A stretch of DNA of 64,000 bases from Gammaproteobacteria bacterium RIFCSPHIGHO2_12_FULL_35_23 (GTDB lineage: Bacteria > Pseudomonadota > Gammaproteobacteria > UBA12402): the NCBI GenBank assembly GCA_001801465.1, contig MGXT01000023.1, forward strand, positions 3,809 through 67,808, given 5' to 3'. Positions 30,247 through 40,395 of the stretch are shown in pieces (the stretch's first letter is position 1; each line of letters opens with the position of its first letter). The position numbers and the translations under genes are program-made. Below the pieces are notes generated by a model. It did no database searches and was not told where the DNA came from. It saw only the letters and a program-made list of their open reading frames with translations.

Positions 30247-30501
30247 ATGAATCAAAATAAAATTTATGTAGCGAACCTACCTTATAATACTACTGAAGAA
30301 CAGCTACGCGAATTTTTTAATCAATTTGGTAATATCACTGAATTAAAAATTGTTACTGACCGCGCTACAGGAAGATCAAAAGGTTTTGCTTTCATTACCT
30401 TTAATTCTACCTCTGAGGCTAATGCGGCTTTATCAGCTGACGGTTCAGTTTATAACGAAAGAACATTAAAAGTTAATATTGCTAGAGATAAAAGTCGTTA
30501 A
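30247..30501 (+). CDS. Stand-alone RRM RNA-binding protein
   Basis: RNP2 IYVANL and RNP1 KGFAFITF; ATG 30247 after a GAGGA RBS. Confidence 0.93.
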   Translation: MNQNKIYVANLPYNTTEEQLREFFNQFGNITELKIVTDRATGRSKGFAFITFNSTSEANAALSADGSVYNERTLKVNIARDKSR

Positions 30502-30537
30502 ACTTCATGCCCATTAAGATATATATCCCACTCTCTC

Positions 30538-30585
30538 CTAAAGGATTTTAGAGCGTTAATTTTTGACGAAAACCAAGGATGGTTT
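30538..30585 (+). promoter_or_regulatory. Two GGA-loop hairpins (CsrA/RsmA-type sites) in the deaD leader
   Basis: CTAAA-GGAT-TTTAG (30538-30551) and AAACCA-AGGA-TGGTTT (30570-30585). Confidence 0.55.
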
Positions 30586-30637
30586 ATATACTTTAAAGGT
30601 AAATGCTAAATAATTATATTAATTTAAAAGGTCCACT

Positions 30638-32068
30638 ATGGCATCAACCAAATCTTTTCTACAATTAGGAGTAGCGAGTAATTTATTAGCTACTTTAACC
30701 GAGCTTGGTTACGAAAAACCTACGCCAATACAAATGCAAAGTATTCCTGCTCTTTTATCAGGTCATGATATTATTGCTCAAGCACAAACTGGTACAGGCA
30801 AAACAGCTGCCTTCGCTTTAGCTATTTTAACTCAGTTAGATCTTAATAAATTAAAACCTCAAGCATTAATCTTAACACCTACTCGTGAGCTTGCAATACA
30901 GGTTGCTGAAGCTTTTCAAAGTTATGCAAAACATCTGCCTAATTTTCATGTCATACCAATTTATGGCGGACAAAGCTATACCATACAATTAAAAGCTTTA
31001 AAAAGAGGTGCGCAAGTTGTTATTGGCACACCAGGCAGAATTATGGACCATTTGCGACGCAAAACACTTATTACTTCAGCTTTGAAAACCTTGGTTATTG
31101 ATGAAGCCGATGAAATGCTAAAAATGGGGTTTATTGACGATGTAGATTGGATATTAGAGCAAATATCACAACAACATCAAATCGCTTTATTTTCTGCAAC
31201 CATGCCTCTTCCCATTCAAAAAATAGCTCAGAAGTATTTGCACAATCCTCTCACCATTCAAATACAGTCAAACACCAAAACGGTTGCTGCTATACAACAA
31301 TTTTATACTTTAGTTTCTAATCAATACAAACTTGAAGCACTAACTCGCTTTCTTGAAATAGAGGATTTTGAAGCCGCCCTTATTTTTGTTCGAACTAAAC
31401 TTGAAACCATTAACCTTGCTGAAAAATTAGGCGCAAGAGGCTATCATGTCATGGCTTTGAACGGTGATATTAAACAATCTGAGCGTGAAAGAATTATTAC
31501 CAAGCTTAAAAATGGTCAGCTGGATTTAGTGGTTGCTACAGATGTTGCAGCTCGAGGAATAGATATAGAACGTATGAGTTATGTGATTAATTATGATCTT
31601 CCCTCTGATTCAGAATCTTATATTCATCGCATTGGCCGTACTGGCCGTGCTGGCCGTGAAGGAAAAGCTTTGTTGTTTATTAGTCCTAGAGAAATTCAGT
31701 CATTAAAATATATAGAGCGCTCAATAGGCCAACAAATAACTGAAATAAAGCCTCCATCAGCCAATAATATTACTGAAAAACGCATTCAACAATTAATGGA
31801 AAAAATTATTGCTGTTATTAACAAAGGCGAGTTAGAACCTTATTATTTTTCTGTTGAACAAATTATGAAACAATATAATTATAACGCACTAGACATTGCA
31901 GCTGCACTCTCTTATTTGACTCAACAAAAAAATCCTATACAAATAGAGGAAAAAAGCTTTATTGACAAAAATGAACATTTACCAAGTACTAATAAAAAGA
32001 ATCACTCTAAGAATAAATCGAGGCCACGAAAATTTACTCGCAAAAAATTTAATAAAAATAGTAACTAA
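30638..32068 (+). CDS. deaD: DEAD-box RNA helicase, DeaD/CsdA-like, lacking the C-terminal DbpA RNA-binding domain
   Basis: Q motif, AQTGTGKT, PTRELA, DEAD, SAT, ARGID and HRIGRTGRAG; DEMLKMGF and QVAEAF as in DeaD. Confidence 0.85.
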   Translation: MASTKSFLQLGVASNLLATLTELGYEKPTPIQMQSIPALLSGHDIIAQAQTGTGKTAAFALAILTQLDLNKLKPQALILTPTRELAIQVAEAFQSYAKHLPNFHVIPIYGGQSYTIQLKALKRGAQVVIGTPGRIMDHLRRKTLITSALKTLVIDEADEMLKMGFIDDVDWILEQISQQHQIALFSATMPLPIQKIAQKYLHNPLTIQIQSNTKTVAAIQQFYTLVSNQYKLEALTRFLEIEDFEAALIFVRTKLETINLAEKLGARGYHVMALNGDIKQSERERIITKLKNGQLDLVVATDVAARGIDIERMSYVINYDLPSDSESYIHRIGRTGRAGREGKALLFISPREIQSLKYIERSIGQQITEIKPPSANNITEKRIQQLMEKIIAVINKGELEPYYFSVEQIMKQYNYNALDIAAALSYLTQQKNPIQIEEKSFIDKNEHLPSTNKKNHSKNKSRPRKFTRKKFNKNSN

Positions 32069-32257
32069 ACATCAGCCCTATTTGTAATAATCTTACTCTT
32101 AGTTACATTAAGATGTATAAACTGCTGTTTTTCTATTCATGCAGCAAAGTTCACATAAGTATTGTCATGGCATATAACTTTCTTTACGAATACACCTATA
32201 TCAGGCACTAAATAAAAGGTACAATATTACTTTATAAAAGATAAAGGGGACTTAATT

Positions 32258-32614
32258 ATGCTTACAGAAATTAAATTAACTACACTCGCTTTATTATTTT
32301 TAACTACTACTTTAGTTTATGCCGACCATCCTAATTGTACAACTTATTTTACTGTGCGTAATTCAGTTCCAGAAAAGTTTAATTTAACTAATTGCTATAA
32401 AAACTTTGTTGCTAAAGCTCCAATCACTGGTTTTAGCTTAACTTGGCTACCCTCCAATCCATTAATAAATTTTAAATCATTATCTGCAAGTAGCATTATT
32501 TTAAAATACAATGGTTCAGCCATTCAACCAGGTAGCTACCGACTAAATTTAACTATGCTAAACAGCTTAAATCAAAGCTATCCTGTGCAATTTACTTTTC
32601 ATATCTTGCAATAA
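32258..32614 (+). CDS. Exported hypothetical protein, beta-rich with two Cys
   Basis: Signal peptide ending VYA-D; PGSYRLNLT...QFTFHI beta-strands. Confidence 0.6.
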   Translation: MLTEIKLTTLALLFLTTTLVYADHPNCTTYFTVRNSVPEKFNLTNCYKNFVAKAPITGFSLTWLPSNPLINFKSLSASSIILKYNGSAIQPGSYRLNLTMLNSLNQSYPVQFTFHILQ

Positions 32615-32631
32615 GTGACAGCGATTACTTT

Positions 32632-34062
32632 TTATTGGTCGACAACAAGCTTACGTTTTGACTTATGGCCGGTAACACTTTGTCCATCATCGTGATGCAG
32701 TTTAGCAATATGATAATAAGACATCAAAATAACTGCTGCAATAACAATAAAGGTACTGTGAAAGGCATGGGCACTAAACTCAACATGCCGATGCCTTAAT
32801 AAAAAAATTTGTAATAACAGTGCTGAGAACGCAACCGAAACACTACCCATAACTTGTTGCAAAGCTGCAGCCAAACTAATCATTTGGCCCAATAAAGTTG
32901 GCGTGGCATCAATTATATTGAGTGTTTGTAAAGAAGTATATTGTAATGAAATACTATAACCAAAGATAAATAAGCTGATTACTATTAATAGCTTATGGTC
33001 TATAGGTTGAATAAAGCAAAAAGAAATAATAACAAAAGCTAAGATAACAGTATTATAAAGCATTGTTTGCTTTAATCCCAGTCGATTTACAACTGCAGTT
33101 GCAAGTACTTTAGTCACCAACATACCCAAAGGATATGGCAATAATAATATCGCTGTTTTCATAGCAGAAAGATGATAAGTTAATTGATACATCAAAGCTA
33201 ATAAAAAGCTAAGTGCACTGGTTCCTAAACGAATATTTGCACTACAGATTAAAGCAATCCGATAGGTACGTATTTTAAAAACAGCTGTATTAATAAAGGG
33301 GTTTATCTTGCGTTTATGATGTAGATAATATAATCCAAAACAAACTACTCCTATTAATAGAAAAATAAACTCATTAGAGAAAGGTAATGCCTCACTACCA
33401 ATAATAGAAAAGGCAAACGCAACCCCAGCAACCCCCATACCAAATAATAAAAACCCCAACCAATCTAAACGTTCGACTTCGTGATTGACAAGATTAGGCA
33501 TATATTTATTAATTAAAATAAGACCTGTTATGACAAAAGGAATATTAATAAAAAATATCCATCGCCAAGAAAAATAACTAACGATTAAACCACCAAAAAT
33601 GGGCCCTAAAGCTGGGCCTAACAAACTAATAGTCCCTACAGTTGCCATAATTTTAAAAATTTCAGATTTGGGGTAAATTTTATTTAAAGCAATTCTACCG
33701 ACTGGCAGCATCATAGCACCACCAACACCTTGCAATAGTCTTGCTAAAACTAATTGATACAGAGAAAAAGAGAAGCCACTGGCTAAAGATCCTAATCCAA
33801 ACAGGGCAACCGAAAGCATAAAAATTTTACGTGTACCAAACCGATCGGCTAGCCAACCACTAACTGGAATAAAAACACCTTGACTTAATAAATAGCTAGT
33901 CACAGCCAACTTTAATTCAAGTGGTGATACTTGCAATGAACGGGCAATAGTTGGAATAGCAATATTTAAAATCATGCTATCTAAAGAATTAATAAAAAAA
34001 GCAATAGCTACTACTTTAGGAATAATTTTTCTTGTGTAGCTTGATAAATTTAATTCTCTCAT
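32632..34062 (-). CDS. MFS efflux transporter, DHA2 (14-TM) family
   Basis: LDSMILNIAIP, GWLADRFGTR, GPALGPIFGG and WRWIFFINIP. Confidence 0.92.
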   Translation of the reverse strand: MRELNLSSYTRKIIPKVVAIAFFINSLDSMILNIAIPTIARSLQVSPLELKLAVTSYLLSQGVFIPVSGWLADRFGTRKIFMLSVALFGLGSLASGFSFSLYQLVLARLLQGVGGAMMLPVGRIALNKIYPKSEIFKIMATVGTISLLGPALGPIFGGLIVSYFSWRWIFFINIPFVITGLILINKYMPNLVNHEVERLDWLGFLLFGMGVAGVAFAFSIIGSEALPFSNEFIFLLIGVVCFGLYYLHHKRKINPFINTAVFKIRTYRIALICSANIRLGTSALSFLLALMYQLTYHLSAMKTAILLLPYPLGMLVTKVLATAVVNRLGLKQTMLYNTVILAFVIISFCFIQPIDHKLLIVISLFIFGYSISLQYTSLQTLNIIDATPTLLGQMISLAAALQQVMGSVSVAFSALLLQIFLLRHRHVEFSAHAFHSTFIVIAAVILMSYYHIAKLHHDDGQSVTGHKSKRKLVVDQ

Positions 34063-34360
34063 ACCTTAGCAAACCATGTTAATAACCGACAAAACTGTTT
34101 AATAAAAGAACTATTTAGATTTTTAATAAAAAATAAACCTCTTAAAAATCATGACACGCAATAATAAAAATACTGACATTCTCTCCTCAAGAACTTACTT
34201 AAAACCTTGAGTAGGATAATTTTATATAAAAATTATATAGTTATAGAGAATTTCTCTACTTAAATCTGTTATTTAAGTTTACTCAAATTATACCTTCAGG
34301 ATTTTTTTAAAGCCATTTTTTACTGCTATACTGATATTACTAATTAAGAGAAAGGAGTCC

Positions 34361-35728
34361 ATGATGAGACAAACGGTTAACCCTACCACGGGGAAAATAT
34401 TAAAAACCTATCCAGAGATGTCTACCGAAGAGGTTTCAACAATTATTAATAATGCTCATAATGCCTACCTCTCTTGGCGACATACTAGTTTTACCGAACG
34501 TGCACAAGTATTAAAAAATACAGCCAAGTTATTACGCGAAAGAAAAAAAGACTATGCAAAACTAATGGCTTTAGAAATGGGAAAGCCCATTACTAGCGGT
34601 CAAGGTGAAATCGAAAAGTGTGCTTGGGTTTGTGAATATTATGCGGATAACGCTGAAAAATTTTTAACGCCACGAATTATTAAAACTGAAATGTATTTGA
34701 GTAAAGTTTGTTATCAACCCCGTGGTATTGTATTTGCTATCATGCCTTGGAATTTTCCTTTTTGGCAAGTATTTAGATTTGCCTGCCCTACTTTAATGGC
34801 TGGAAATACTGGTTTATTAGCTCATGCACCTATTTCTACTGGTACAGCTTTAGCTATTGAAGAATTATTTAAAGATGCTGGCTGCCCAAAAGACGTTTTT
34901 AGAAGCTTAATTATTAGTATTGAAGAATCAGCAAGGGTCATTGCAAATCCAAAAGTAACAGCTGTTACATTAACTGGTAGTGAAAGAGCCGGTAAAGCTG
35001 TTGCCTCCGAAGCAGGTCAAAACTTAAAGAAAGTTGTTCTTGAGTTAGGTGGTAGTGATCCTTATTTAATTCTTAAAGATGCTGATCTAGAGCAAGCAGC
35101 CGAAGCTTGCGTTGCCTCAAGAATGAGTAACACTGGGCAAGTATGTATTGCTGCAAAACGCTTATTAGTTGTTGATGAAATTCGTGAACCATTTGAAAAG
35201 TTAATTGTTGAGAAAACAGCTCGCTACCAAATGGGAGACCCTTTAGATGAAAAAACAAATTTTGGTCCCATGGCTCGCTTTGATTTACGAGAACAATTAC
35301 ATAAACAAATAGAAAAAACTATCACCGAAGGTGCTGAACTAGTCTGTGGAGGTCATATTCCTGAGGGCGAAGGCTTCTTTTATCCACCAACTATTTTACG
35401 TAACGTAAAACCTACTATGACCGCTTGCAAAGAAGAACTATTTGGCCCAGTCATTACTATCATCCCTGTAAAAGACGAAGCTGAAGCGATAAAATTAGCC
35501 AATGCAACACAATATGGTTTAGCGGGTGCAGTCTTTACTAAAGATACTGCTCGAGGTGAAAAGATCGCTACTGAAATGATTGAAGCTGGCTCTGTCAGCG
35601 TTAATACTTTTGTAGCTTCAGACCCACGCTTACCTTTTGGTGGCATCAAGCTCTCTGGCTTTGGTAGAGAACTGGCTGAAGAAGGAATACGTGAATTCGT
35701 CAATGTTAAAACTGTATCAATAAAATAA
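34361..35728 (+). CDS. NAD(P)-dependent succinate-semialdehyde dehydrogenase (Sad/GabD1 type)
   Basis: IMPWNFPFWQVFRF, LTGSERAG, LELGGSDP, GQVCIAAKR, EELFGPV and PFGGIK.SG.GREL. Confidence 0.9.
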   Translation: MMRQTVNPTTGKILKTYPEMSTEEVSTIINNAHNAYLSWRHTSFTERAQVLKNTAKLLRERKKDYAKLMALEMGKPITSGQGEIEKCAWVCEYYADNAEKFLTPRIIKTEMYLSKVCYQPRGIVFAIMPWNFPFWQVFRFACPTLMAGNTGLLAHAPISTGTALAIEELFKDAGCPKDVFRSLIISIEESARVIANPKVTAVTLTGSERAGKAVASEAGQNLKKVVLELGGSDPYLILKDADLEQAAEACVASRMSNTGQVCIAAKRLLVVDEIREPFEKLIVEKTARYQMGDPLDEKTNFGPMARFDLREQLHKQIEKTITEGAELVCGGHIPEGEGFFYPPTILRNVKPTMTACKEELFGPVITIIPVKDEAEAIKLANATQYGLAGAVFTKDTARGEKIATEMIEAGSVSVNTFVASDPRLPFGGIKLSGFGRELAEEGIREFVNVKTVSIK

Positions 35729-35745
35729 TCAGTGTAGAGGTTACT

Positions 35746-37389
35746 ATGAAGGCTTCAGATTTATTTCTCAGATGCTTAGAACAAGAGGGGGTAGAAATTA
35801 TTTTTGGTGTACCTGGTGAAGAAAATGCTGATATTATGATTTCTCTTTTAAGCTCAAAAATTAAATTTATTACCTGTCGACATGAACAATCAGCAGCCTT
35901 CATGGCAGACATGTATGGTCGATTAACAGGTAAACCAGGCGTTTGTCTTGCTACGCTTGGGCCCGGTGCAACCAATTTAATTACAGGTGTTGCTAACGCC
36001 AATATGGACCATGCCCCTTTAATTGCTATCATAGGTCAAGCCAGCACTTCTCGTTTACATAAGGAATCCCATCAGAATATGGATTCTATTACAATGTATA
36101 AGCCCGTTAGTAAATGGGCGACAACTATTCGAGAAGGTGAAGTAATTCCTGAAGTTGTTCGTAAAGCTTTTAAAGTTGCAACCGAAGCCAAACCAGGTGC
36201 TGTTGTTATTGAGTTACCTGAAGATATTGCCAAAATAGATATTCAAACAAATCCTATTCTACCCAAAACTAGTATTTGTGCTCGCAGCACTGAAATTTTA
36301 AAAATCTCAACAGCCATGTCAATGATTAATGAAAGTAAATATCCTCTAATCATAGCTGGAAACGGTTGTATTCGAGAAAATTGTTTTGAGCAGTTACAAG
36401 ATTTTTTAGAACGAACAGGTATTTATGCCAGTGTAACCTTTATGGGCAAAGGTGCTATTTCAGATGAACACCCACAATCGTTGCTTTGTGTAGGATTAGG
36501 CATGAAAGATATTAGTCTAAAAGCTTTTGATCAGGCAGACTTAATTATTTGTATTGGGTATGATTTAGTAGAATGGCCTCCTCATAGCTGGAATCCCAAT
36601 GCTGATAAAAAAATTATTCACATTGATACCCTACCAGCTGAAGTCGATCAATATTATGATGTTGATTTAGAATTGGTGGGTGATATCCATGCTATTTTGG
36701 CTCAATTAAATCAACGAACTGAAGACAGTCATCATAGAGAGTTTAAGAACTTTGCCAAAATCCGCGAAGAAATTATTAAAGATATTTCTAACAATAATGA
36801 AGAATCCCCTGCTCCTATAAAACCTCAAAAAATCTTAAATGACCTTAGAGCTATTCTTAAAGATAAAGATATCTTAATTAGTGATGTTGGTGCTCATAAA
36901 ATGTGGGTAGCACGACAGTATCCTACTTACTTCCCAAAAACTTGTTTTATCTATAACGGCTTTTGCTCAATGGGTGGTGCAATGCCTGGTGCTGTGGTAG
37001 CTAAATACCTTTATCCCGAAAAAAATGTAGTCGCTTTATGTGGTGATGGTGGTTTTATAATGAGTATTCAAGCTTTGGTAACGGCTGTACAATTAAAGCT
37101 CCCAATTATTGTAATGATTTGGGAAGATAATTTTTATGGTTTAATCAAATGGAAGCAAGAAGCTGCTTATCATGAAATTTCTCATGTAGAATTAGATAAT
37201 CCTAATTTAGTAAAAGTGGGACAAGCTTTTGGATGCCATGCTATTCGCATTAATTCCTCAAATGAATTAATTCCAGCAATTGAAAAAGCCTCTATGGAAA
37301 AAGATAAACCGACTGTCATTATCGTACCAGTAGATTATCGGGAAAATATGAAACTAACTAAACACTTGGGTAAAATCGTTGCCCATTAA
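35746..37389 (+). CDS. ThDP-dependent acetolactate-synthase-like enzyme, probable 2-oxoglutarate decarboxylase (OgdA-like)
   Basis: FGVPGEEN, RHEQSAAFMAD.YGRLTG, HKESHQ, DVGAHKMWVAR, GDGGF.M, YGLIKWKQ and PVDYREN; 17 nt downstream of SSADH. Confidence 0.75.
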   Translation: MKASDLFLRCLEQEGVEIIFGVPGEENADIMISLLSSKIKFITCRHEQSAAFMADMYGRLTGKPGVCLATLGPGATNLITGVANANMDHAPLIAIIGQASTSRLHKESHQNMDSITMYKPVSKWATTIREGEVIPEVVRKAFKVATEAKPGAVVIELPEDIAKIDIQTNPILPKTSICARSTEILKISTAMSMINESKYPLIIAGNGCIRENCFEQLQDFLERTGIYASVTFMGKGAISDEHPQSLLCVGLGMKDISLKAFDQADLIICIGYDLVEWPPHSWNPNADKKIIHIDTLPAEVDQYYDVDLELVGDIHAILAQLNQRTEDSHHREFKNFAKIREEIIKDISNNNEESPAPIKPQKILNDLRAILKDKDILISDVGAHKMWVARQYPTYFPKTCFIYNGFCSMGGAMPGAVVAKYLYPEKNVVALCGDGGFIMSIQALVTAVQLKLPIIVMIWEDNFYGLIKWKQEAAYHEISHVELDNPNLVKVGQAFGCHAIRINSSNELIPAIEKASMEKDKPTVIIVPVDYRENMKLTKHLGKIVAH

Positions 37390-37410
37390 AGTGACGAGAA
37401 AATAAACAAA

Positions 37411-37441
37411 AAAAGACTATCTCTCGGATAGTTTATCTTTT
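37411..37441 (+). terminator. Possible intrinsic terminator after the SSADH/decarboxylase operon
   Basis: GACTATC-TCTCG-GATAGTT stem-loop, with an A run before and a T-rich tail after. Confidence 0.4.
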
Positions 37442-37478
37442 AAAATTAGCTTTTTTTAACCTAATTAAAAGAAAAATT

Positions 37479-38144
37479 ATGCCTAATATTTCTTGTAAAA
37501 ATTGTGCTTTATCAAACTTATGCTTACCTTTTTCACTTAATAAACAACAAGTTGAAGAGCTTGACCAGAAAATTAAACGTCGTAAACCTATCAAACGGAG
37601 CGAAGCCCTTTATCGTAACCATGAAAAATTTACTACTCTTTTTGTGGTGCGTTCAGGGGCTTTCAAATCTGTCATTAATTATGAAACCCGTGAACAAATA
37701 ACTAATTTCTTTTTTGCAGGAGAAATTGTCGGCTTAGAAGGCATAGCAAACCAACAATATATTACAACCACTACTGCTCTAGTTGATAGTTTTGTTTGTG
37801 AAATTTCTGCCGAAGATTTAACTCAATTTACAAGAAAATTTCCTTCTGTACAACAGCAAGCTTTGCAAATGATGAGTCAAGAAATAGTTCATAATACTCA
37901 AGCTTATTTTCACGGAGAAGCTACAGACAAATTATTACATTTTTTATTACATCTTTCTAAAAGATTTCAGCGCTATGGCTATTCGTCAAAACAATTTCAA
38001 TTACCTATGGCAAAGCAAGAGATCGCTAATTACCTAGGTCTTGCTAGTGAAACTATCAGCAGAATTTTTACCAAACTCCAGTATGACAATTTAATTGAAA
38101 TAGACAATCGTTATATTACTATAAAAGAGGCGCAGCATGGATGA
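37479..38144 (+). CDS. fnr: FNR/Anr-type O2-sensing Crp-family regulator
   Basis: N-terminal CKNCALSNLC, central VCEI Cys and HTH IANYLGLASETISR. Confidence 0.85.
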   Translation: MPNISCKNCALSNLCLPFSLNKQQVEELDQKIKRRKPIKRSEALYRNHEKFTTLFVVRSGAFKSVINYETREQITNFFFAGEIVGLEGIANQQYITTTTALVDSFVCEISAEDLTQFTRKFPSVQQQALQMMSQEIVHNTQAYFHGEATDKLLHFLLHLSKRFQRYGYSSKQFQLPMAKQEIANYLGLASETISRIFTKLQYDNLIEIDNRYITIKEAQHG

Positions 38145-38147
38145 TTT

Positions 38148-38696
38148 ATGACAATTAAACCAATTTTAAAAATGGGTAACCCTCTTCTTTTACAACGCTC
38201 ACAAGAAGTAATTGATCCTGTAGCACCTGAAATTTCTCAGCTTATCACCGATTTATTTGATACTATGTATGCTACCAAAGGAATTGGTTTAAGCGCCCCA
38301 CAAATAGGCATTAACTTACGCGTAATGATATTTGGCTTTGAAAAAAGTGAGCGGTATCCTAATGCAAAGCCGGTGCCTACAACTATTTTAATTAACCCAA
38401 CTATTGAAATCTTAACACAAACTATGCAGGCAGGTTGGGAAGGCTGTATCAGTGTACCTGGTCTTCGTGGCGTTGTTTCTCGTCCTACCAAAATACATTA
38501 CCAAGGCATTGATGAAAAAGGGCAACCCATTGACAGAATAGCAACTGATTTCCATGCCCGTATGGTCCAGCATGAATATGATCATCTTGAAGGTATTTTA
38601 TTTCCACAGAGAATAACTGATATGAGACTATTTGGTTTTGAAAATGAAGTTTGGGACAAAATCATTACCAATAACATACCAGTATATGATTTATAG
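38148..38696 (+). CDS. def: Peptide deformylase
   Basis: GIGLSAPQIG, EGCISVP and QHEYDHLEG. Confidence 0.95.
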   Translation: MTIKPILKMGNPLLLQRSQEVIDPVAPEISQLITDLFDTMYATKGIGLSAPQIGINLRVMIFGFEKSERYPNAKPVPTTILINPTIEILTQTMQAGWEGCISVPGLRGVVSRPTKIHYQGIDEKGQPIDRIATDFHARMVQHEYDHLEGILFPQRITDMRLFGFENEVWDKIITNNIPVYDL

Positions 38697-38704
38697 TTTT
38701 TTGC

Positions 38705-38884
38705 CTAAATTCCCATATAAAAACCATTTCCAGAGGCTAAAGAAGCTTTACAAGTTTGAGAATTTTTTTGTTGTTTACAAGCAGCTAACGCATTTTGGTG
38801 ATAGCCCGTAGGCCCTACAGCTGAAATACAAGCAGCCAATAATAAGGGCATATATAATAAAGTTATTAATTTAAATAATTGCAT
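38705..38884 (-). CDS. Small lipoprotein (59 aa), not in the ORF track
   Basis: Hand translation MQLFKLITLLYMPLLLAAC-ISAVGPTGYHQNALAACKQQKNSQTCKASLASGNGFYMGI*; LAAC lipobox. Confidence 0.65.
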   Translation of the reverse strand: MQLFKLITLLYMPLLLAACISAVGPTGYHQNALAACKQQKNSQTCKASLASGNGFYMGI

Positions 38885-39024
38885 ATTTATGCTCGTAAAA
38901 TAAAGGACTAATATTTAAACACGCCCTATAGCATAACAAAAATTTCAAAAAACTAAAGTAAAGTCTATTATTATAACCTCTAATCAAGTAAGATGATTAA
39001 ATTATGCCTTATAAGGAATAAACT

Positions 39025-40395
39025 ATGGTATTAAGCATTAGCGCGATTATTCTGTTTATACTTTTAGAAATATTTTTATTAGGCCTTCATAAGAAACAAT
39101 ATTCTTTTAATTTTCGAGTAATTGTAAGTCTATTATTAGGAATTAGTTTTGGTCTCGGTTTACAGTTTTTGGCGGGCGGTGTTAATGCTTTAGCTGTTAA
39201 CGACGTTTTACCTTTTATGCAGTTTTTTGGATTAGGTTACATTGCATTATTAAAAATGTTAGTGATCCCCTTAGTTTTAACCTCTATTATTGCTTCGATT
39301 TTAAAGTTAGGAAGCTTAAGTGGCAAATTACTAAATCGCCTTGCTATACTAACTGTTATCTTATTACTTGGTTTAACTGCCTTAGCATCAGGTATTGGTC
39401 TTGCATTAGGTGACTGGCTCAATATAGGCCAAGGTTTAAGCCTACCTTCTGGTGTTTTTCAACCAGATCAATCCTATCAAGGGTTAGTTGCTACATTACT
39501 TGGTATGCTGCCCAGCAACCCTATTCTTGTGATGACCCAGGAAAATACAATTGCCTTAGTAATATTTGCTATTTTTATTGGTCTTGCAACTATGCTTCTT
39601 GCAAAAACTGATTCTAAGCAAGCCAAGCCTTTTAAGGATTTCATCTTGGCAAGTTTTCACATCAGTAAAAAATTAGCCAACATTGTCATAAGCCTAACGC
39701 CTTTTGGTGTCTTAGGACTAATGGGACTAGAAACAGCAAGCCAAGGATTTCAATCTTTAATTAGCGTTTTAAATTTTATAGGCGCCATGTATCTTGCCAT
39801 GTTAGCGGTTTTAATTCTCCATTGTGTTATTTTATTATCAATTAAAATCAATCCATTTACCTATTTTAAAAAAGCCTATCAACCATTACTAGTTGCTTTT
39901 ACAACCCGCTCAAGCTTTGGCACCCTACCTGTTACAGAAGAAACACTTAAAAACAAATTTAATTTGCCTCAAATTACAGCCAGTTTTGTTCCCAGTATAG
40001 GTGCTACAATAGGCATGAATGCCTGTGCTGGAATTTTCCCCGCAATGTTAGTAGCGATGGGAATGCATATTTTACATTTGCCCATTACCACTACGACTTT
40101 TTTTATGGTAATGTTTATTAATGCCATAGCTTCTTTAGGTGTTTCAGGTATTCCAGGCACCGCCTATGTTGCAGCGGCAGTTACACTTACCACACTCGGA
40201 CTTCCTTATTCTATTGTGGGGATTGTACAAGGTATAGACCCTATCATTGACATGGGAAGAACAGCAGTAAATGTCAATGGCGTCATGACTTCAGCGTTAG
40301 TGGTAGATAAAAATTTAAGTCGCTACCACTTTAATTATGCTGATGATAAGCAATCTGCCATCGAAATCGATGGCAGTGCAGAAGAAACTGTTTAA
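39025..40395 (+). CDS. Dicarboxylate/amino acid:cation symporter (TcyP/L-cystine-like)
   Basis: [31 protein letters not shown] and [14 protein letters not shown]. Confidence 0.88.
   Translation: MVLSISAIILFILLEIFLLGLHKKQYSFNFRVIVSLLLGISFGLGLQFLAGGVNALAVNDVLPFMQFFGLGYIALLKMLVIPLVLTSIIASILKLGSLSGKLLNRLAILTVILLLGLTALASGIGLALGDWLNIGQGLSLPSGVFQPDQSYQGLVATLLGMLPSNPILVMTQENTIALVIFAIFIGLATMLLAKTDSKQAKPFKDFILASFHISKKLANIVISLTPFGVLGLMGLETASQGFQSLISVLNFIGAMYLAMLAVLILHCVILLSIKINPFTYFKKAYQPLLVAFTTRSSFGTLPVTEETLKNKFNLPQITASFVPSIGATIGMNACAGIFPAMLVAMGMHILHLPITTTTFFMVMFINAIASLGVSGIPGTAYVAAAVTLTTLGLPYSIVGIVQGIDPIIDMGRTAVNVNGVMTSALVVDKNLSRYHFNYADDKQSAIEIDGSAEETV

Noticed and set aside
35746..37389. ilvB/ilvI for branched-chain amino acid synthesis
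   Set aside because: No regulatory subunit or other ilv genes nearby; motifs and SSADH linkage fit the OgdA-like clade.
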